This document shows positions 18,574 through 28,617 of a stretch of DNA of 64,000 nucleotides, one piece after another. The DNA comes from an uncultured Bdellovibrionales bacterium (GTDB lineage: Bacteria; Patescibacteriota; Minisyncoccia; Moranbacterales; UBA2206). The notes under the pieces are model-generated. The model made no database searches. It saw only the letters and a list, made by a program, of their open reading frames with translations, and was not told the origin of the DNA. Both the position numbers and the translations under genes were made by a program. Location: assembly GCA_964406815.1 (NCBI GenBank), contig CAYOTC010000003.1, positions 7,259 to 71,258 on the forward strand. The letters run 5' to 3'. How positions within the stretch are numbered: position 1 is the first letter of the stretch; every line of letters begins with the position of its first letter.

Positions 18574-20358
18574 TTAAAGAATTTTTTTCTTGGGAGTTTC
18601 TTGATAGGAAACAAGAGTGTCGCTGACTTTAATTTTTGTTTCTCCGATGAAAGTTATGCCACATTCCTTATTAGCCATACATTCATTTACATTGATTTTA
18701 TTTTCCTGAAGATTGCCAAGTTTCCCTTTGCCGATGGAATTGTCATCGCGCATTACTTCAACTAGAGATCCGTTAACTAATTTTCCAAAAGATACTTTTC
18801 CTCCCACGATCATATCTTTTTTTCCAGTTTTGAAAATTGCGAGCACTTTCATTTTTCCAAAATCAGTCCGTTCAAATTCTTGCGGAAGAAGATCAATGAG
18901 GCGTTTTTTTATTTCCTCAATCATTTCATAGATTATTTTGTAATTTTTTATTTCAACTTTGGAATTTTCCGCCATTCTTTTAGCAACGGGAGTGGTTTCA
19001 ACATTAAATCCAAAAATGATAGCATCAGAGCTGGAAGCGAATCTAACATCGGATTCGGTAATATTTCCGACTCCAATTAATATATAATCAACAGCAACTT
19101 CTTCCGATTTTATTTCGCCAAGAATTTGCTGGATAGCTTCTAAGGATCCCTGGACATCTGACTTAAGGATTATGTTTAATTTTTTGATTTTTTCATCTTC
19201 AATTGAACGGTGGATTTTTTGAGCGGTCGAGACGCCCCCAATATTTGTTTCAAAAGATCCGCTCCTTATTTCTTCCATTTTTGATTTTGCAACAGATTTG
19301 CTGGTAACAATTTGAAGGATATCATTTGATTCCGGAGTAGTGCTTAGTCCGATGAGACTTATGGGAGTTGATGGCAGAGCCTCGGCGATTCTTTTTCCGG
19401 TAAAATCTTCGATTCTTCTTACGCGTCCAAAAGTTTCTCCGACAACTACATCTTGACCTTCCTTGAGTGTCCCTGTTTTTACCAATATTGTAGAAACCGG
19501 TCCTTTTTGAGGATCAAGGTGAGATTCTAATACAACTCCGAGAGCATCACGTTTATAGTCAGATTTAAAATCTTCCATTTCTGTGATAAGCAGGATATTT
19601 TCCAGCAAGTCATCGATGCCGATGTTTTGCTTGGCACTGACTTTGGCAGATAGGACTTGACCGCCCCATTCTTCCAAAAGAATTCCATTTTCCGCCAATT
19701 CCTGTTTCACTCTCTGAACATTGGCTTCTGGTTTGTCTATTTTGTTTATGGCTACAACCGTTGGAATTTTTTTGGCTAAAAGATACTCAATAACTTCTTT
19801 TGTTTGTGGTCGAACTCCGTCATCGGCCGCAACAACCAAAACGGCGATATCGGCAAGGCTTACTCCACGTTCACGCATAGCGGAAAAAGCTTCATGTCCA
19901 GGAGTGTCGATAAAAGTTATAAGTTGGCCTTTTTTCTTTACTTGATAGGCATTAATATGTTGGGTTATTCCGCCGGATTCTTTCAGCGCCACATTAGTTT
20001 TTCTGATTGTATCAAGAAGAGTGGTCTTTCCATGATCAACATGACCCAAAATGGTTACGATTGGAGGACGCATTTTTAGATTTTCTCCCGAGTTGTGTTC
20101 TTTTTTAAGCGCTTCCAGGAGATCTTCCAATGTCATTTTCCCTTTATTTTCCGCCACTTCTTCGGATACTTCAAATCCAAGGTCTTGAGCGATAATAGAA
20201 GCGGTTTCAAAATCTATCGTTTCATTGATAGTCGCCAATATTCCGTTTTTCATCAGCTCGGTTATGACTATGTTAATAGGCATGTCAAGAACTTCACTGA
20301 ATTTTTTCACGGTGATTATGCGAGGGAGGGTTATTTTTTTTGCTTGGTCGTTTGTCAT
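18574..20358 (-). CDS. infB: translation initiation factor IF-2
   Basis: G1-G4 motifs (GHVDHGKTTLLD, DTPGHEAF, NKIDK) and the IF-2 C-terminal domains. Confidence 0.95.
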   Translation of the reverse strand: MTNDQAKKITLPRIITVKKFSEVLDMPINIVITELMKNGILATINETIDFETASIIAQDLGFEVSEEVAENKGKMTLEDLLEALKKEHNSGENLKMRPPIVTILGHVDHGKTTLLDTIRKTNVALKESGGITQHINAYQVKKKGQLITFIDTPGHEAFSAMRERGVSLADIAVLVVAADDGVRPQTKEVIEYLLAKKIPTVVAINKIDKPEANVQRVKQELAENGILLEEWGGQVLSAKVSAKQNIGIDDLLENILLITEMEDFKSDYKRDALGVVLESHLDPQKGPVSTILVKTGTLKEGQDVVVGETFGRVRRIEDFTGKRIAEALPSTPISLIGLSTTPESNDILQIVTSKSVAKSKMEEIRSGSFETNIGGVSTAQKIHRSIEDEKIKKLNIILKSDVQGSLEAIQQILGEIKSEEVAVDYILIGVGNITESDVRFASSSDAIIFGFNVETTPVAKRMAENSKVEIKNYKIIYEMIEEIKKRLIDLLPQEFERTDFGKMKVLAIFKTGKKDMIVGGKVSFGKLVNGSLVEVMRDDNSIGKGKLGNLQENKINVNECMANKECGITFIGETKIKVSDTLVSYQETPKKKIL

Positions 20359-20379
20359 TTAATTGAGTTTTTTCAAAAA

Positions 20380-20902
20380 TTATAATTTCATATCTAAGGG
20401 TTTTTGTTTCATTGCGATTTCAATAGCGTTTTTTTCTTCTTGAGTAAGGGGATGTTTTTCTGAAATGCCGTTTACGATTGATTTTACATAAACTCTGGTA
20501 CCTTCGCGGGAATATAATGAGCTTATTACTACGCCGTTATTTTTTCCGTTAAGCATAGCGATCGATGAGCTCTGGTCTCCGCCGATATCTCCGAAAGGAT
20601 TGAAGCGGACTAAAGCAACCTTGTGGACTCCTCTGAAAGCCAGATTGTGAATCTTGTTTGAAATATTATACAGTTCCTGAATATCCTTATCGAGAGACTG
20701 GAGATTTTTAGAGTGGTTCAATATTATCTCTTCCAGATTAGCGCCGTCTTTTCCGGAGAAGAGAATTTGATTATCTCTAAGTAATCGGTTTAGTTTTTTT
20801 TGAAGAAAGATATTCCAAACCAAAACAGCAATCAAAAAAACAGGTAAACTTGCCAAAATTATCCATAAATAGCTTTCAATTAGCTGTTTTATCGCTTCCA
20901 TA
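20380..20902 (-). CDS. membrane-anchored hypothetical protein (DUF4446-like)
   Basis: Single N-terminal TM then a soluble domain; start set at the internal ATG (MEAIKQL). Confidence 0.4.
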
Positions 20903-21075
20903 GATATTTTAAAACGATTTATTATAATTAAAACTAGCACTAAAAGGCTTTAATGTAAAGGTTTTTTTGGTTTTTAATTTTTATAAATTGCGATTATTAT
21001 GATTCTGCCAAAAATAAAAACGCTATTGATTTAGTGTTCTTATTTTTAAATGAAAAATATTATTTTTATAATCGG

Positions 21076-21702
21076 CTATTTTTTTTGTTTGTATTTCAAA
21101 TATTCAAAAATCATTGGAAGCAACGATATGAGGATTATCGCAAATATAACATATTCGAAGTTAGCTTTTATGAATGGAAGTCCTCCCAGAAAAAAACCTG
21201 CAAATATAAGAGATGTGACCCAGAGGAAAGCGCCAACTACATTATAGAAAAAGAAAGCTTTGTAATCCATTTTCCCGATACCGGCAACGAAAGGAGCGAA
21301 TGTCCTGATAATTGGGAGAAATCTCGCGATAATTATTGTTTTTCCTCCATATTTTTTATAGAAATTTTCAGTTTTTTCTAGATATTCTTTTTTAAATAAT
21401 CTTGAATTATTTCTGTTAAAAATTTTCGGCCCAAAATAATGTCCAATAAAATAATTAAAAGTGTCTCCAAGTATAGCTGCAAAAAGTAAAGTAAAATAAG
21501 ATGTGAATATATTAAGCATTCCACCACCTGCAAGTGTCCCAATCGCAAAAATCAAAGAATCTCCTGGCAAGAATGGAGTTATAACCAATCCTGTTTCTGC
21601 AAAAATAATTAAAAATAAGAAAACGTAGGTCCAAATTCCAAAAAAATCAATCATGACTGCTAGGTGTTTATCGATGTGCAAAACAAAATCAAAAATATCC
21701 AT
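21076..21702 (-). CDS. DedA/TVP38-family membrane protein
   Basis: LVITPFLPGDSLIFAIGTLAGGG and ARFLPIIRTFAPFVAG motifs. Confidence 0.8.
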   Translation of the reverse strand: MDIFDFVLHIDKHLAVMIDFFGIWTYVFLFLIIFAETGLVITPFLPGDSLIFAIGTLAGGGMLNIFTSYFTLLFAAILGDTFNYFIGHYFGPKIFNRNNSRLFKKEYLEKTENFYKKYGGKTIIIARFLPIIRTFAPFVAGIGKMDYKAFFFYNVVGAFLWVTSLIFAGFFLGGLPFIKANFEYVIFAIILISLLPMIFEYLKYKQKK

Positions 21703-21738
21703 AATTAAATAATTTGTGGCTGGTTATGATGTTATGAT

Positions 21739-21963
21739 TTATAATTTTTCAATTTCCTTTAGATCTTTATCGGGGATGTATAGAATAATGAGTCCGATGA
21801 TGATTCCGAAAAGACCGGTCCAAAAATGGCTGCCATTAAAAAATACCTTATCCATACTGTCTAGAACATGCCAAATTCCTCGCCAAACCAGAACAAGTCC
21901 GATTACAATGGAAATATTTTTTGCCAGATATTGCAGAGTTATTTTATTTTTTTTAATTTGCAT
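21739..21963 (-). CDS. small two-TM membrane protein, hypothetical
   Basis: 74-aa ORF with two hydrophobic helices. Confidence 0.35.
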   Translation of the reverse strand: MQIKKNKITLQYLAKNISIVIGLVLVWRGIWHVLDSMDKVFFNGSHFWTGLFGIIIGLIILYIPDKDLKEIEKL

Positions 21964-22046
21964 TGTTTTTTATTAATATTTAGAAATTAGTTTAATAATA
22001 CTAACCTTTTTTGAAATTTTTGTAAAATATCAAAAAACGTAAAACT

Positions 22047-22136
22047 TGGCGGAAGAGGTGGGATTCGAACCCACGGTACCCTTTCGAGCACACCTGATTT
22101 CGAGTCAGGCCCATTCGACCACTCTGGCACCCTTCC
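22047..22136 (-). tRNA. tRNA-Ser (anticodon CGA), CCA encoded
   Basis: Reverse complement GGAAGGGTGCCAGAGTGGTCGAATGGGCCTGACTCGAAATCAGG...GGGTTCGAATCCCACCTCTTCCGCCA; long variable arm. Confidence 0.85.
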
Positions 22137-22330
22137 AAAACATATAGCATATATCATGCAGCATATATAATATAATATGTAGCATGTGGCTATATTATTT
22201 AAATTATAGCAATATACGAATATAATCAATAGCAATAATTAAAAAAGTAAAAGGCATTGTTGGTTTTTGATTTTTATTGTAAAATATGAACATACGATTC
22301 ATATCATATTAAATACAAAATTATAAAAAA

Positions 22331-22921
22331 ATGAATAGCAATCTTTCAAATAGAGGATTGGGTGTTTCCGGAGGAATAGGATTTGGAGTCTCATTTATTG
22401 AGCCTCAAAAAATAATAGACAAACTTGAACTTAAGGAAGGAATGATGGTAGCTGATTTCGGTTGTGGAACCGGATATTTCTCTTTTCCTCTTTCCAAAAA
22501 AGTTGGAGATAGCGGTAGAGTTTATGCTTTTGATATATTGAAAGAAAAATTGGAAACGGTAGAAAGCCAAGCGAAGCTTTTGGGACTTAATAATATTATT
22601 ACCAAAAGAGCTAATCTGGAGCTTTTTGGCGGATCAAAATTAGATCGGGAAAGCATGGATTGGGTTTTTTTGGTCAATATGCTTTTTCAAAATGAAAATA
22701 AGGATGCTATTATCCAGGAAGCAAAAAGAGTTTTAAAAACTGGTGGAAAAATTCTGATTGTCGAATGGAATAAGGAAGATTCTTCTTTTGGTCCAGAACG
22801 CAGGTTAAAAATATCCAAAGAAGCAGTTGATGAGATAGCCGGAAAAAATGATCTGGCAGTAGTGGATGAAACGGAAGTGGGGGATTTTCATTTTGGTGTA
22901 ATACTTTCTAAACAAAGATAA
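22331..22921 (+). CDS. class I SAM-dependent methyltransferase
   Basis: Motif I VADFGCGTGYF and the post-I acidic residue (VYAFDI). Confidence 0.8.
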   Translation: MNSNLSNRGLGVSGGIGFGVSFIEPQKIIDKLELKEGMMVADFGCGTGYFSFPLSKKVGDSGRVYAFDILKEKLETVESQAKLLGLNNIITKRANLELFGGSKLDRESMDWVFLVNMLFQNENKDAIIQEAKRVLKTGGKILIVEWNKEDSSFGPERRLKISKEAVDEIAGKNDLAVVDETEVGDFHFGVILSKQR

Positions 22922-22929
22922 ATTAAAAA

Positions 22930-24297
22930 ATGAAAAAGAGTTTCAAAATCATATCAGCATTTGTCGTTTTGACGATTATGCTTTCATTGTCAGGATGCGG
23001 TTGTAAAGAAAAACCCGTAGAGTTAAATTTGGATTTGGAAATCTGGGGTTTTTTGGATGATAATGACGCTTTGGCGGAAATTTTTGAAAATTACAAGCAA
23101 ATAAATCCATCCGTCAAATCCATTACATATAGAAAGCTTGCCATCAATACTTATAAAGATGAACTTATAGAAGCTTTGGCATCAGGGCAAGGTCCGGATA
23201 TTTTTATGATTCATAATTCTTGGACTTTCGGTTTTTTAAACAAAGCTTTTCCCGCGCCGGAGGATATGATATCGGAAATTGATTACGGAAATAATTTTGT
23301 CGATGTGTGTATGGATGATTTTTTCGTGGAAGGAAGAGCTTTCGCTGTGCCGCTAAGCGTTGATTCCATTGGGCTCTACTATAATAAAGACATTTTCAAT
23401 GCTGCCGGAATAACTTTTCCGCCTAAAACTTGGAGCGAGTTTGTCGATTATTCAAGAAGAATGACAAAGGTGAGCAGTACCGGAGAAATAATCCAGTCGG
23501 GAGCAGCAATGGGAACGGCGGACAATATAAATCGTCCGACTGATATTCTTAATCTCTTGATGATGCAAAACGGTATTGAAGTGATTGATGAAAGCGGAAA
23601 AGCGAACTTAAGCGGAGGAGGAGCGACTGATGCTTTGGCATTTTATACACAATTCGCCAAAACTGATTCCGCCAGTTATTCTTGGAATAACAGGATGCAT
23701 TATTCCTTGGATGCTTTTGCTGAAGGAAATGTTGCGATGATGCTTAATTATTCTTGGCAGACAGCGGCGATTCGTGATAAATCTCCGAAACTTAATTTCT
23801 CCGTAACGGAAGTCCCACAGATTTCATTGGATGCGCCGAAAAATTTTGCCAATTATTGGGGCTATACGGTTTCAAAAAATAAATTTACCAATGCGGTGGC
23901 TAGTAATGGGATGATGGTGAATAATGAAATGAGAATAATTGAAGCTTGGAAATTTTTGATGTATCTTACGATGAAAACCAATATGGCATCCGCTTCCGGC
24001 GCGCAATCCAGCCTGGGAAATAAAGTCGACTTGAGTATGGAGCCGGCTTTTATATACTTATCAAAAACAAATCAGCCGGCAGCCAGGCGAGATCTTGTTG
24101 AGATGCAAATTTCCAATGCGGAGCTCGGACCTTTTGCCAAAGGAAATCTTATTGCTAAAAGTTGGATACAGGTAAATCCGGAAAGTGTGGAAGTTATTTT
24201 TCATGAAATGATAAATTCGGTAAATATCGGGGAATATGATCCGCGTGCCGCTCTTTTGAATGCGGCGGACAAAATCAATCAAGCCGCCGGAATGTAG
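22930..24297 (+). CDS. extracellular solute-binding lipoprotein (ABC-type sugar-binding family)
   Basis: Lipobox LSLSGC; SBP_bac_1-like length and composition; no permease or ATPase genes nearby. Confidence 0.6.
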   Translation: MKKSFKIISAFVVLTIMLSLSGCGCKEKPVELNLDLEIWGFLDDNDALAEIFENYKQINPSVKSITYRKLAINTYKDELIEALASGQGPDIFMIHNSWTFGFLNKAFPAPEDMISEIDYGNNFVDVCMDDFFVEGRAFAVPLSVDSIGLYYNKDIFNAAGITFPPKTWSEFVDYSRRMTKVSSTGEIIQSGAAMGTADNINRPTDILNLLMMQNGIEVIDESGKANLSGGGATDALAFYTQFAKTDSASYSWNNRMHYSLDAFAEGNVAMMLNYSWQTAAIRDKSPKLNFSVTEVPQISLDAPKNFANYWGYTVSKNKFTNAVASNGMMVNNEMRIIEAWKFLMYLTMKTNMASASGAQSSLGNKVDLSMEPAFIYLSKTNQPAARRDLVEMQISNAELGPFAKGNLIAKSWIQVNPESVEVIFHEMINSVNIGEYDPRAALLNAADKINQAAGM

Positions 24298-24339
24298 AAT
24301 TTTTTCGCGAGAGTTGTTTATAAGTTTATTTTTTAAAAT

Positions 24340-25437
24340 ATGAAAACAAAAATATTATTATTGACCTTTTTGAGCTTATTGATTTTTGGAGGATTTTTAA
24401 TCAATCCCAAAATCAGTAGAGCTGATAATATAACAGAAGATATAATAAATAGTGCCATCAACAATTTGAGCGCTGGCAGTGGCGGTTGCTGTGTTCGTCC
24501 AATATCAAAAGAAGCGGAGATAATAAGCGGAGCTGGCGATTGTATCATCAATGTGGATAATGATAAATGTTTTGCTAGCGGTGGAACTCTTTCAGGCAAT
24601 TGCGCTGGATTAAAAAATTGCGAAGCGGCTGAAACTGCAGACATATTTGATAAATGTTGTGTCCTAAAAAATAAGGCGTCCAATAGCCTTTATGGAACGT
24701 CTTTGAATTGCGACTTGAAAAACGAAACTTTATGTAAGGTTGCTGGCGGAACAATATATAATTGTAAATGTTCAGTTCTTAAACAATGCGATATAAATTT
24801 ATCAGACACAGCTTGTCCGTCAGATAAACCAGCTGCTAAATCAGCTGTATCAACCAGCGGATCAAAAACTCAAATTTTTACAAATCCTCTTGAATACACA
24901 ACACTGGAAGGATTTGTTCAAGTTGTCTTGAATCGTCTAAAAAGCATAGTGGCTATTTTGGCAATTTTGATGGCAGTTCTTGGCGGAGTGATGTATGTTA
25001 TCTCGGCGGGAAATCCGAAATTAGTTACAGCCGCCAAAGCTTGTTGGACTTCTGCGGCTATCGGTTTTGCAATTGTGATTGCCGCTCCATCTTTTCTGAA
25101 AGAAATTGGAGACATTTTTGGACTTACCTCAACCGGCAGTGCCGAAGTGGATAGAGCTCTTTCTCTGTCTCAAATCGCACTTAATATTCTCAATTTCTTA
25201 TTGTCAATAATCGGTATTCTTGCTATAATAATGATAGTCATCGGTGGAATAATGTATATGGTAGATTTCGGAAGTGAGAAACGATCGGAAATGGGAAAGA
25301 AAATTATCGGTTATGCGATTGTCGGATTGGTAGTGGCACTTTCTTCTTTGATATTAGTAAAACAAATAGGAAATATATTGACTCGTGGATCAGAACAAAA
25401 TAATACAAACACTCAAATTGAAGAAAGAAGAACTTGA
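24340..25437 (+). CDS. secreted Cys-rich protein with two C-terminal VirB2/TrbC-like pilin modules (paralog 1)
   Basis: Signal peptide, Cys-rich N-terminal domain, then two copies of the two-TM module AG(I/V)(M/L)Y(I/V)..AG(D/N)...AKK..(T/G)..I(I/V)G.VV.L. Confidence 0.55.
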   Translation: MKTKILLLTFLSLLIFGGFLINPKISRADNITEDIINSAINNLSAGSGGCCVRPISKEAEIISGAGDCIINVDNDKCFASGGTLSGNCAGLKNCEAAETADIFDKCCVLKNKASNSLYGTSLNCDLKNETLCKVAGGTIYNCKCSVLKQCDINLSDTACPSDKPAAKSAVSTSGSKTQIFTNPLEYTTLEGFVQVVLNRLKSIVAILAILMAVLGGVMYVISAGNPKLVTAAKACWTSAAIGFAIVIAAPSFLKEIGDIFGLTSTGSAEVDRALSLSQIALNILNFLLSIIGILAIIMIVIGGIMYMVDFGSEKRSEMGKKIIGYAIVGLVVALSSLILVKQIGNILTRGSEQNNTNTQIEERRT

Positions 25438-25498
25438 TAAAAAAGACAATTCTATAATAGCGATATAATAAAAATAAAAACAGAAAGGAGGTGTGTTT

Positions 25499-25864
25499 AT
25501 GAAGAAAAAAATATTTGCATTGGGAAGCTCAGCAATGGTTTTTATGTTGACATTGGTTCCGTCTATCGCGAAAGCGGCAGAAGGAAAAGGTTTTAATGTT
25601 TCTAATTTGAATCAGGCTCAGGGAGTGGCAAGTGGAACAGCTTCCGATATAGCTTGGAAACTCATCAATTGGCTTTTAGCAATCGTGGGAATTCTGGGCG
25701 TAGCTGGATTTGTGGTAGCTGGAATTCTTTATATACTCGCGGCTGGAGATGATACGAAACTCGTAAATGCCAAGAAAATTATGACCTTTTCGATTGTTGG
25801 AGTGGTAGTGGCGCTTCTCGGATATGTGGCGGTCAGCACGATTAAGAATGTGATAGTGGACTAA
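25499..25864 (+). CDS. VirB2/TrbC-like pilin-type small secreted protein (paralog 2)
   Basis: RBS AAAGGAGG; signal peptide; C-terminus WLLAIVGILGVAGFVVAGILYILAAGDDTKLVNAKKIMTFSIVGVVVALLG. Confidence 0.6.
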   Translation: MKKKIFALGSSAMVFMLTLVPSIAKAAEGKGFNVSNLNQAQGVASGTASDIAWKLINWLLAIVGILGVAGFVVAGILYILAAGDDTKLVNAKKIMTFSIVGVVVALLGYVAVSTIKNVIVD

Positions 25865-25903
25865 GGAAGATTTTTGAATTCAAAACTCTTATTTTTCAAT
25901 AAG

Positions 25904-25951
25904 AAAAAAAGCAATCCTGGTATATCAGGATTGCTTTGTTTTTTATATTAT
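25904..25951 (+). terminator. rho-independent terminator
   Basis: AGCAATCCTGGTATATCAGGATTGCT followed by TTGTTTTTT. Confidence 0.6.
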
Positions 25952-25988
25952 TGTATAATAAAGTAAAATAAGTATTAAAAATAAAAAG

Positions 25989-26441
25989 ATGAAAAAAATA
26001 AAAGTAGCTATAATATCAGCTTTGTTTATCTTCAGTTTTTTATTGCCAAACACGACCCAAGCGATGTCGGATAAATGGAAAAATGTTATTGGCGGCGCGA
26101 TTTTGGGAGGAACTTCAAATTATTTAAGAGAAACTAATGGCAGTAGCGGAAGCTATTATGGCGGTTATTGGGGATGGGGCACCCCTACTAATGAATATGG
26201 TCTTCCTAATAACACGATTACCGGAGTAATAAATATGGTTGTGAATTGGCTTTTGTCGCTTCTTGGAATTTTGGGTATTGCCGGATTTGTCGTAGCTGGA
26301 ATAATGTATATCGTGGCGGCGGGAGACAAAGATTCGATTGATCGGGCAAAAAAAGTAATGACTTTTTCCATAATCGGAGTAGTGGTGGGACTTTTGGGAT
26401 TGGTCGTGGTCAATACCATTGACAGCGTCTTACGTTATTAG
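25989..26441 (+). CDS. VirB2/TrbC-like pilin-type small secreted protein (paralog 3)
   Basis: Signal peptide; Gly/Tyr/Trp-rich region; C-terminus WLLSLLGILGIAGFVVAGIMYIVAAGDKDSIDRAKKVMTFSIIGVVVGLLG. Confidence 0.6.
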   Translation: MKKIKVAIISALFIFSFLLPNTTQAMSDKWKNVIGGAILGGTSNYLRETNGSSGSYYGGYWGWGTPTNEYGLPNNTITGVINMVVNWLLSLLGILGIAGFVVAGIMYIVAAGDKDSIDRAKKVMTFSIIGVVVGLLGLVVVNTIDSVLRY

Positions 26442-26482
26442 TGTTTCAATAATTTTGAAATCAATTCAAAAAAATAAAAATA

Positions 26483-27115
26483 ATGTTTTTTCTTATGCAA
26501 ACAAAGATGATGAAGTTTTTCTTAGGAATGATTTTTTTAAGCGCTATTTTTGCGGGAGTTTCAATTAAACAAGGAGCCGTTTTTGCTGGATGTTGTGTTC
26601 TTGACAATACATCTCCAGATAAAGAAGCCTGCAGGACAGCTCAACAGAAATCTAGTTGTAGTAATACCGAGACATTTTATGAAGAGAGTTGTTCTGAAAT
26701 GTCGCTATGTGAAGCTTTTGCACAAACGACAAATACTACTACAACAAGTGCTCGAGAAGAAGTTTCACAAGAAACTTCAGTTAATTCATCATCTGCAACA
26801 GCTAGTGGAAAAAGCAAAGATACAATACCCGGAGTTACAATTGGTGGAATATTTTATCCTAGTGGCACTAAGCTTCCGGATAATCCAGAGGGGGTTTTCG
26901 GAGTATTAAAAAAAATTATAAATTGGTTGCTTGGTATTGTTGGAACTTTGGCAATTTTGATTTTTATAGTTTCCGGAATTAAATATATTGTCTCTGTTGG
27001 AGATACCAAGGAAGCGGAAAGCGCCAAGAAAATGATGACGTTTGCTATAATTGGGTTAGTGGTGGCTTTGTCAGGATTAATTGTTGTTAATACTATTGAT
27101 AGCATTCTTAAATAG
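26483..27115 (+). CDS. VirB2/TrbC-like pilin-type secreted protein with Cys-rich and Ser/Thr-rich N-terminal region (paralog 4)
   Basis: Start may be the internal ATG at 26507 (MMKFFLG...); C-terminus WLLGIVGTLAILIFIVSGIKYIVSVGDTKEAESAKKMMTFAIIGLVVALSG. Confidence 0.6.
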   Translation: MFFLMQTKMMKFFLGMIFLSAIFAGVSIKQGAVFAGCCVLDNTSPDKEACRTAQQKSSCSNTETFYEESCSEMSLCEAFAQTTNTTTTSAREEVSQETSVNSSSATASGKSKDTIPGVTIGGIFYPSGTKLPDNPEGVFGVLKKIINWLLGIVGTLAILIFIVSGIKYIVSVGDTKEAESAKKMMTFAIIGLVVALSGLIVVNTIDSILK

Positions 27116-27157
27116 AACTTTTAGCTTAGCAATTCCAGATCATAAAATTTTATAATT

Positions 27158-27466
27158 ATGAAAAGTTTTTTTTTACGAATAATTCTTTTAGGGGTTGTCT
27201 TTTTTCCGCAAATGGTTTTTGGCGCGGAGGAAGTTCCCGGAGTAAAAGATCTTTTAATGTCTTTTCTTAAATGGCTTTTGGGAATTTCTGCGATAATAGC
27301 GGTTATCAGTTTTGTTGTCGGAGGCATTCAATATTTGATGTTTTCCGCCGATGAGAAAATGGCAGAGATGGCAAAAAAAACAGTCCTATTTTCAATAATA
27401 GGACTGGTTGCGATTCTTGCGAGTTATATCTTAGTGACTTCAATCAGTAAGATCATTCAAAACTAG
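27158..27466 (+). CDS. VirB2/TrbC-like pilin-type small secreted protein (paralog 5)
   Basis: Signal peptide; WLLGISAIIAVISFVVGGIQYLMFSADEKMAEMAKKTVLFSIIGLVAILAS. Confidence 0.55.
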   Translation: MKSFFLRIILLGVVFFPQMVFGAEEVPGVKDLLMSFLKWLLGISAIIAVISFVVGGIQYLMFSADEKMAEMAKKTVLFSIIGLVAILASYILVTSISKIIQN

Positions 27467-27496
27467 ATTTTCATAACTTCAATTTTTTCCATAATA

Positions 27497-27528
27497 AAGG
27501 GCATGCAAGTTTGCATACCCTTTTTGAC
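27497..27528. terminator. bidirectional terminator between convergent genes
   Basis: AAGGGCATGCAAGTTTGCATACCCTTTTT. Confidence 0.5.
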
Positions 27529-27543
27529 TACCAGGTTTCCATC

Positions 27544-28617
27544 CTAGTAGGAATTGATTTTGTAAAGCTGACCTTCAAACACTCCGCTTCCCTCGTGCCC
27601 GATGAGCACGGTTTGTTTTTCAGAAACAGAGAACCGGTCGGTCATTTTTGAATTTCCGTCTACCATTACGAGCATGGCTTTACTCATCTCGTAATCTCCT
27701 TTATCAAGCTCATACTCTTTGTGAGTTGAACCTTCAATCCGGAGAAAGCAGACTTCGTCCCTTTTTGTCATATCAGAGAGTGGAATCATTTTTCCATTCT
27801 TGATATTAGAAAGAAAGATTTGATACTGCTCTGGCAGCGGTTTACTTGGGTTGGCTTTCTGCCATGCTTGGATTTTTTCGATATCAGTATTAATGACATC
27901 TTCCTTTTGCATGGCAATGATCTTGTCAACCTTCGCCACATTCTTGGCAGTCGATGTCGGAATGATTACCGAGGAAATCGCACTGCCGATTCTGGTCTGT
28001 ATGCCGATTTGAGGAAGCAACATCGCAGAGTGAACGAAGAGTAGGCACAGTACGAATACTGATGCTAACCAATTCGTTGCACTAAGAGCTTTCCCTTTGA
28101 AAGCAATAGCAACAGCCACTGCGATTGTTGGGAACAGGACCACAAACATCGGATTATTTCTAAGTGGCAGAACAGGAATAAGCAGAAAAGCAACTATAAC
28201 GAAGAAGTAAATCTGCAGTGATACGTTCCAGAACATCGTTGACAGCGGATTAATAACCACTGCTGCCGATCCCTGGTCGTTATTATTCCTCGGTGTTATC
28301 CGAGAAATTTCAGCTGCTTCTCCCGTAAGAGTGATTGAGGTTATTCTCCTTATATTGAAAAGTGCGAAAGTGCTTAATATTGAGAGAATAAGGCCAAAAA
28401 TGGCAGACAATGTATAATTGTTAAAAATAAGTTGGAATATACATATAGCATAAAGAAATCCAACTAGCCACATAAAAGAGTTGCGTAAACCGCGAAGCTC
28501 TTCTGTTGCCATGCGAGGAAGCACTCCAAGGAAAGCCACTATATTATTCCAGAGATTTGTCATTTTTTCTCCTTTTTTGATTTGGGTGATTTTAGAATTG
28601 ATCGCGGAACCATTCAA
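27544..28617 (-). CDS. polytopic membrane protein, hypothetical (N-terminal multi-TM domain plus C-terminal soluble domain)
   Basis: Six or more hydrophobic helices; likely start at the internal Met (MTNLWNN, 28563); overlaps the upstream gene by 26 nt, so operon-like. Confidence 0.5.
   Translation of the reverse strand: MNGSAINSKITQIKKGEKMTNLWNNIVAFLGVLPRMATEELRGLRNSFMWLVGFLYAICIFQLIFNNYTLSAIFGLILSILSTFALFNIRRITSITLTGEAAEISRITPRNNNDQGSAAVVINPLSTMFWNVSLQIYFFVIVAFLLIPVLPLRNNPMFVVLFPTIAVAVAIAFKGKALSATNWLASVFVLCLLFVHSAMLLPQIGIQTRIGSAISSVIIPTSTAKNVAKVDKIIAMQKEDVINTDIEKIQAWQKANPSKPLPEQYQIFLSNIKNGKMIPLSDMTKRDEVCFLRIEGSTHKEYELDKGDYEMSKAMLVMVDGNSKMTDRFSVSEKQTVLIGHEGSGVFEGQLYKINSY

Noticed and set aside
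21987-22235. 82-aa plus-strand ORF
   Set aside because: It covers the minus-strand tRNA-Ser(CGA) gene.
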